NCBI GenBank assembly: GCA_031763465.1 | Contig: JARFOE010000176.1 | Coordinates: 2,641,588 to 2,689,448 of the forward strand | Source: Squatina squatina | Lineage: Eukaryota | DNA: 47,861 nucleotides | Reading direction: 5' to 3' | In this document: positions 46,681 through 47,861 of the stretch, piece by piece | How the letters are laid out: the number at the start of each line of letters is the position of its first letter | How positions within the stretch are numbered: the stretch's first letter is position 1 | Notes under the pieces: model-generated | The model's input: the letters and a program-made list of their open reading frames with translations, nothing else | What the model was told of the DNA's origin: nothing | Databases searched by the model: none | Made by a program: the position numbers and the translations under genes

Positions 46681-47833
46681 ATTCCGATTTGCCTCTTCTC
46701 TTCCAGTCCTTAAGATTTGGAACTGCAGTGTCACATAACTTCAGAAAATATGCTTGCTTCGTTTGATCTCTTCGTAGGGACTGGCACTGACTTGTCTGGG
46801 CAGGCTGCAGATTGAGCCGTGATGTGATGAGTCATTGAGTTCTATCTCCCCATGTTTGATTGCTTGAAAATGATATCCTTTGTTGTCTTGGTCGCGGATA
46901 CAGACAGCAGAGTTAGAGGGCAAGATGGGGCCATGAGTCTTAATTTCAAAGCAGTGAGGAGTAAGCAAACGTAGGATGCTGTATTTGAAACTTGATGGGA
47001 ACAAGCTGCAAATTTAAAGGAGATTGGACAATAGTAATATTGGCAAAATGGAGTGAGAGAGACAAGAAATCATTATTGTAGAGATTATTAGCTTTTTATT
47101 CGCAAGGTACTTGTGCCACCATCTACTGCAGGGAAATCTATTCAATTTACAATGCCTGTGCTGTTTGTTTTAACTAGTGGTAATCACATTGCACATGAGT
47201 GGAAATTATACAAAAACGCAATAACAATGCAGTGGGTATTCCAGCATCATATCATTATAAAATCAAAATGCAGAAATTCATTGGGAAGAAAAGGTCAGTT
47301 GTCGGGCATGAGCAATTTCTGTGTTTGAAACCAGACGGTTTTACACTAATCCATTTCATATTACCATTTAAAATATATAACACAGGAGGATTTACAAGAT
47401 ACAGATTAGAACATTTCTGTAACTTTGAACCCTTCACAGGATCATGGGATTACAACTGAGACTGTAAGACATTCCATCACAGTGAGTATCAGTGAGCTGA
47501 AAATTGATTGAAGATTAAAGACTGAAGTGTATAATGGTTGGTGAGATGAAAAGGCACTTCCTGTTATGATCAATTGATATCTGTGTTCTGCAATGCTGCC
47601 AATATTAGTAACAGCAAAAAGCCTAACCCATGAAGATTAGGGTGGATTTTTTTTTTGATACTGACTGTGAATGGGATAATAGTTCAGGTATCAGCAATAT
47701 ACTGACTTCTTTCTTCAAAATAATTTCCTCTTAACACTTTGGATTTAATAATGTGGTGAAGTATGCATTCACAATTTATCTTGCATTCACTTCTTGTACT
47801 ACAGGGAAACAATTATGATTGTTGGGCTCTATA

Positions 47834-47861
47834 CATAAGAAATAGGAGCAGGAGTAGGCTT
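47834..47861 (-). mobile_element. CR1 3' tail, cut by the window end
   Basis: CATAAGAAATAGGAGCAGGAGTAGGC is the reverse complement of the tail type at 31741-31775. Confidence 0.65.

Overview
Repeat-rich vertebrate genomic DNA, most likely from a shark or other cartilaginous fish, inferred from Deu-domain SacSINE1-like SINEs plus the CR1, L2, RTE, Penelope and PIF/Harbinger repertoire. The assembly is very fragmented: contigs of about 0.5-3 kb joined mostly by 100-N gaps. Two exons of astrotactin-1 (ASTN1; + strand, 23242-23546 and 30807-30974) lie in the correct order. Two exons of unrelated genes sit among them on separate contigs: an antisense ZNFX1-like helicase exon (29833-~30157) and an FMN1/FMN2-type formin FH2 exon (31798-31944). 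The rest is decayed mobile DNA: an RTE LINE, CR1 and L2 fragments, two Penelope-like families (one with a decayed minimal hammerhead ribozyme), a solo LTR, a Harbinger transposase relic bracketed by a 157-bp near-identical direct repeat, an intron-containing Harbinger Myb/SANT relic, a hAT-type MITE and a 60-bp minisatellite with 120-bp higher-order structure. I found no convincing new multi-gene system. The best unexplained signals are a dense cluster of stem-loops at 33290-33533 and the ZNFX1/formin exons within or beside ASTN1, which may be scaffolding artefacts. Family assignments rest on recalled motifs, not database searches.
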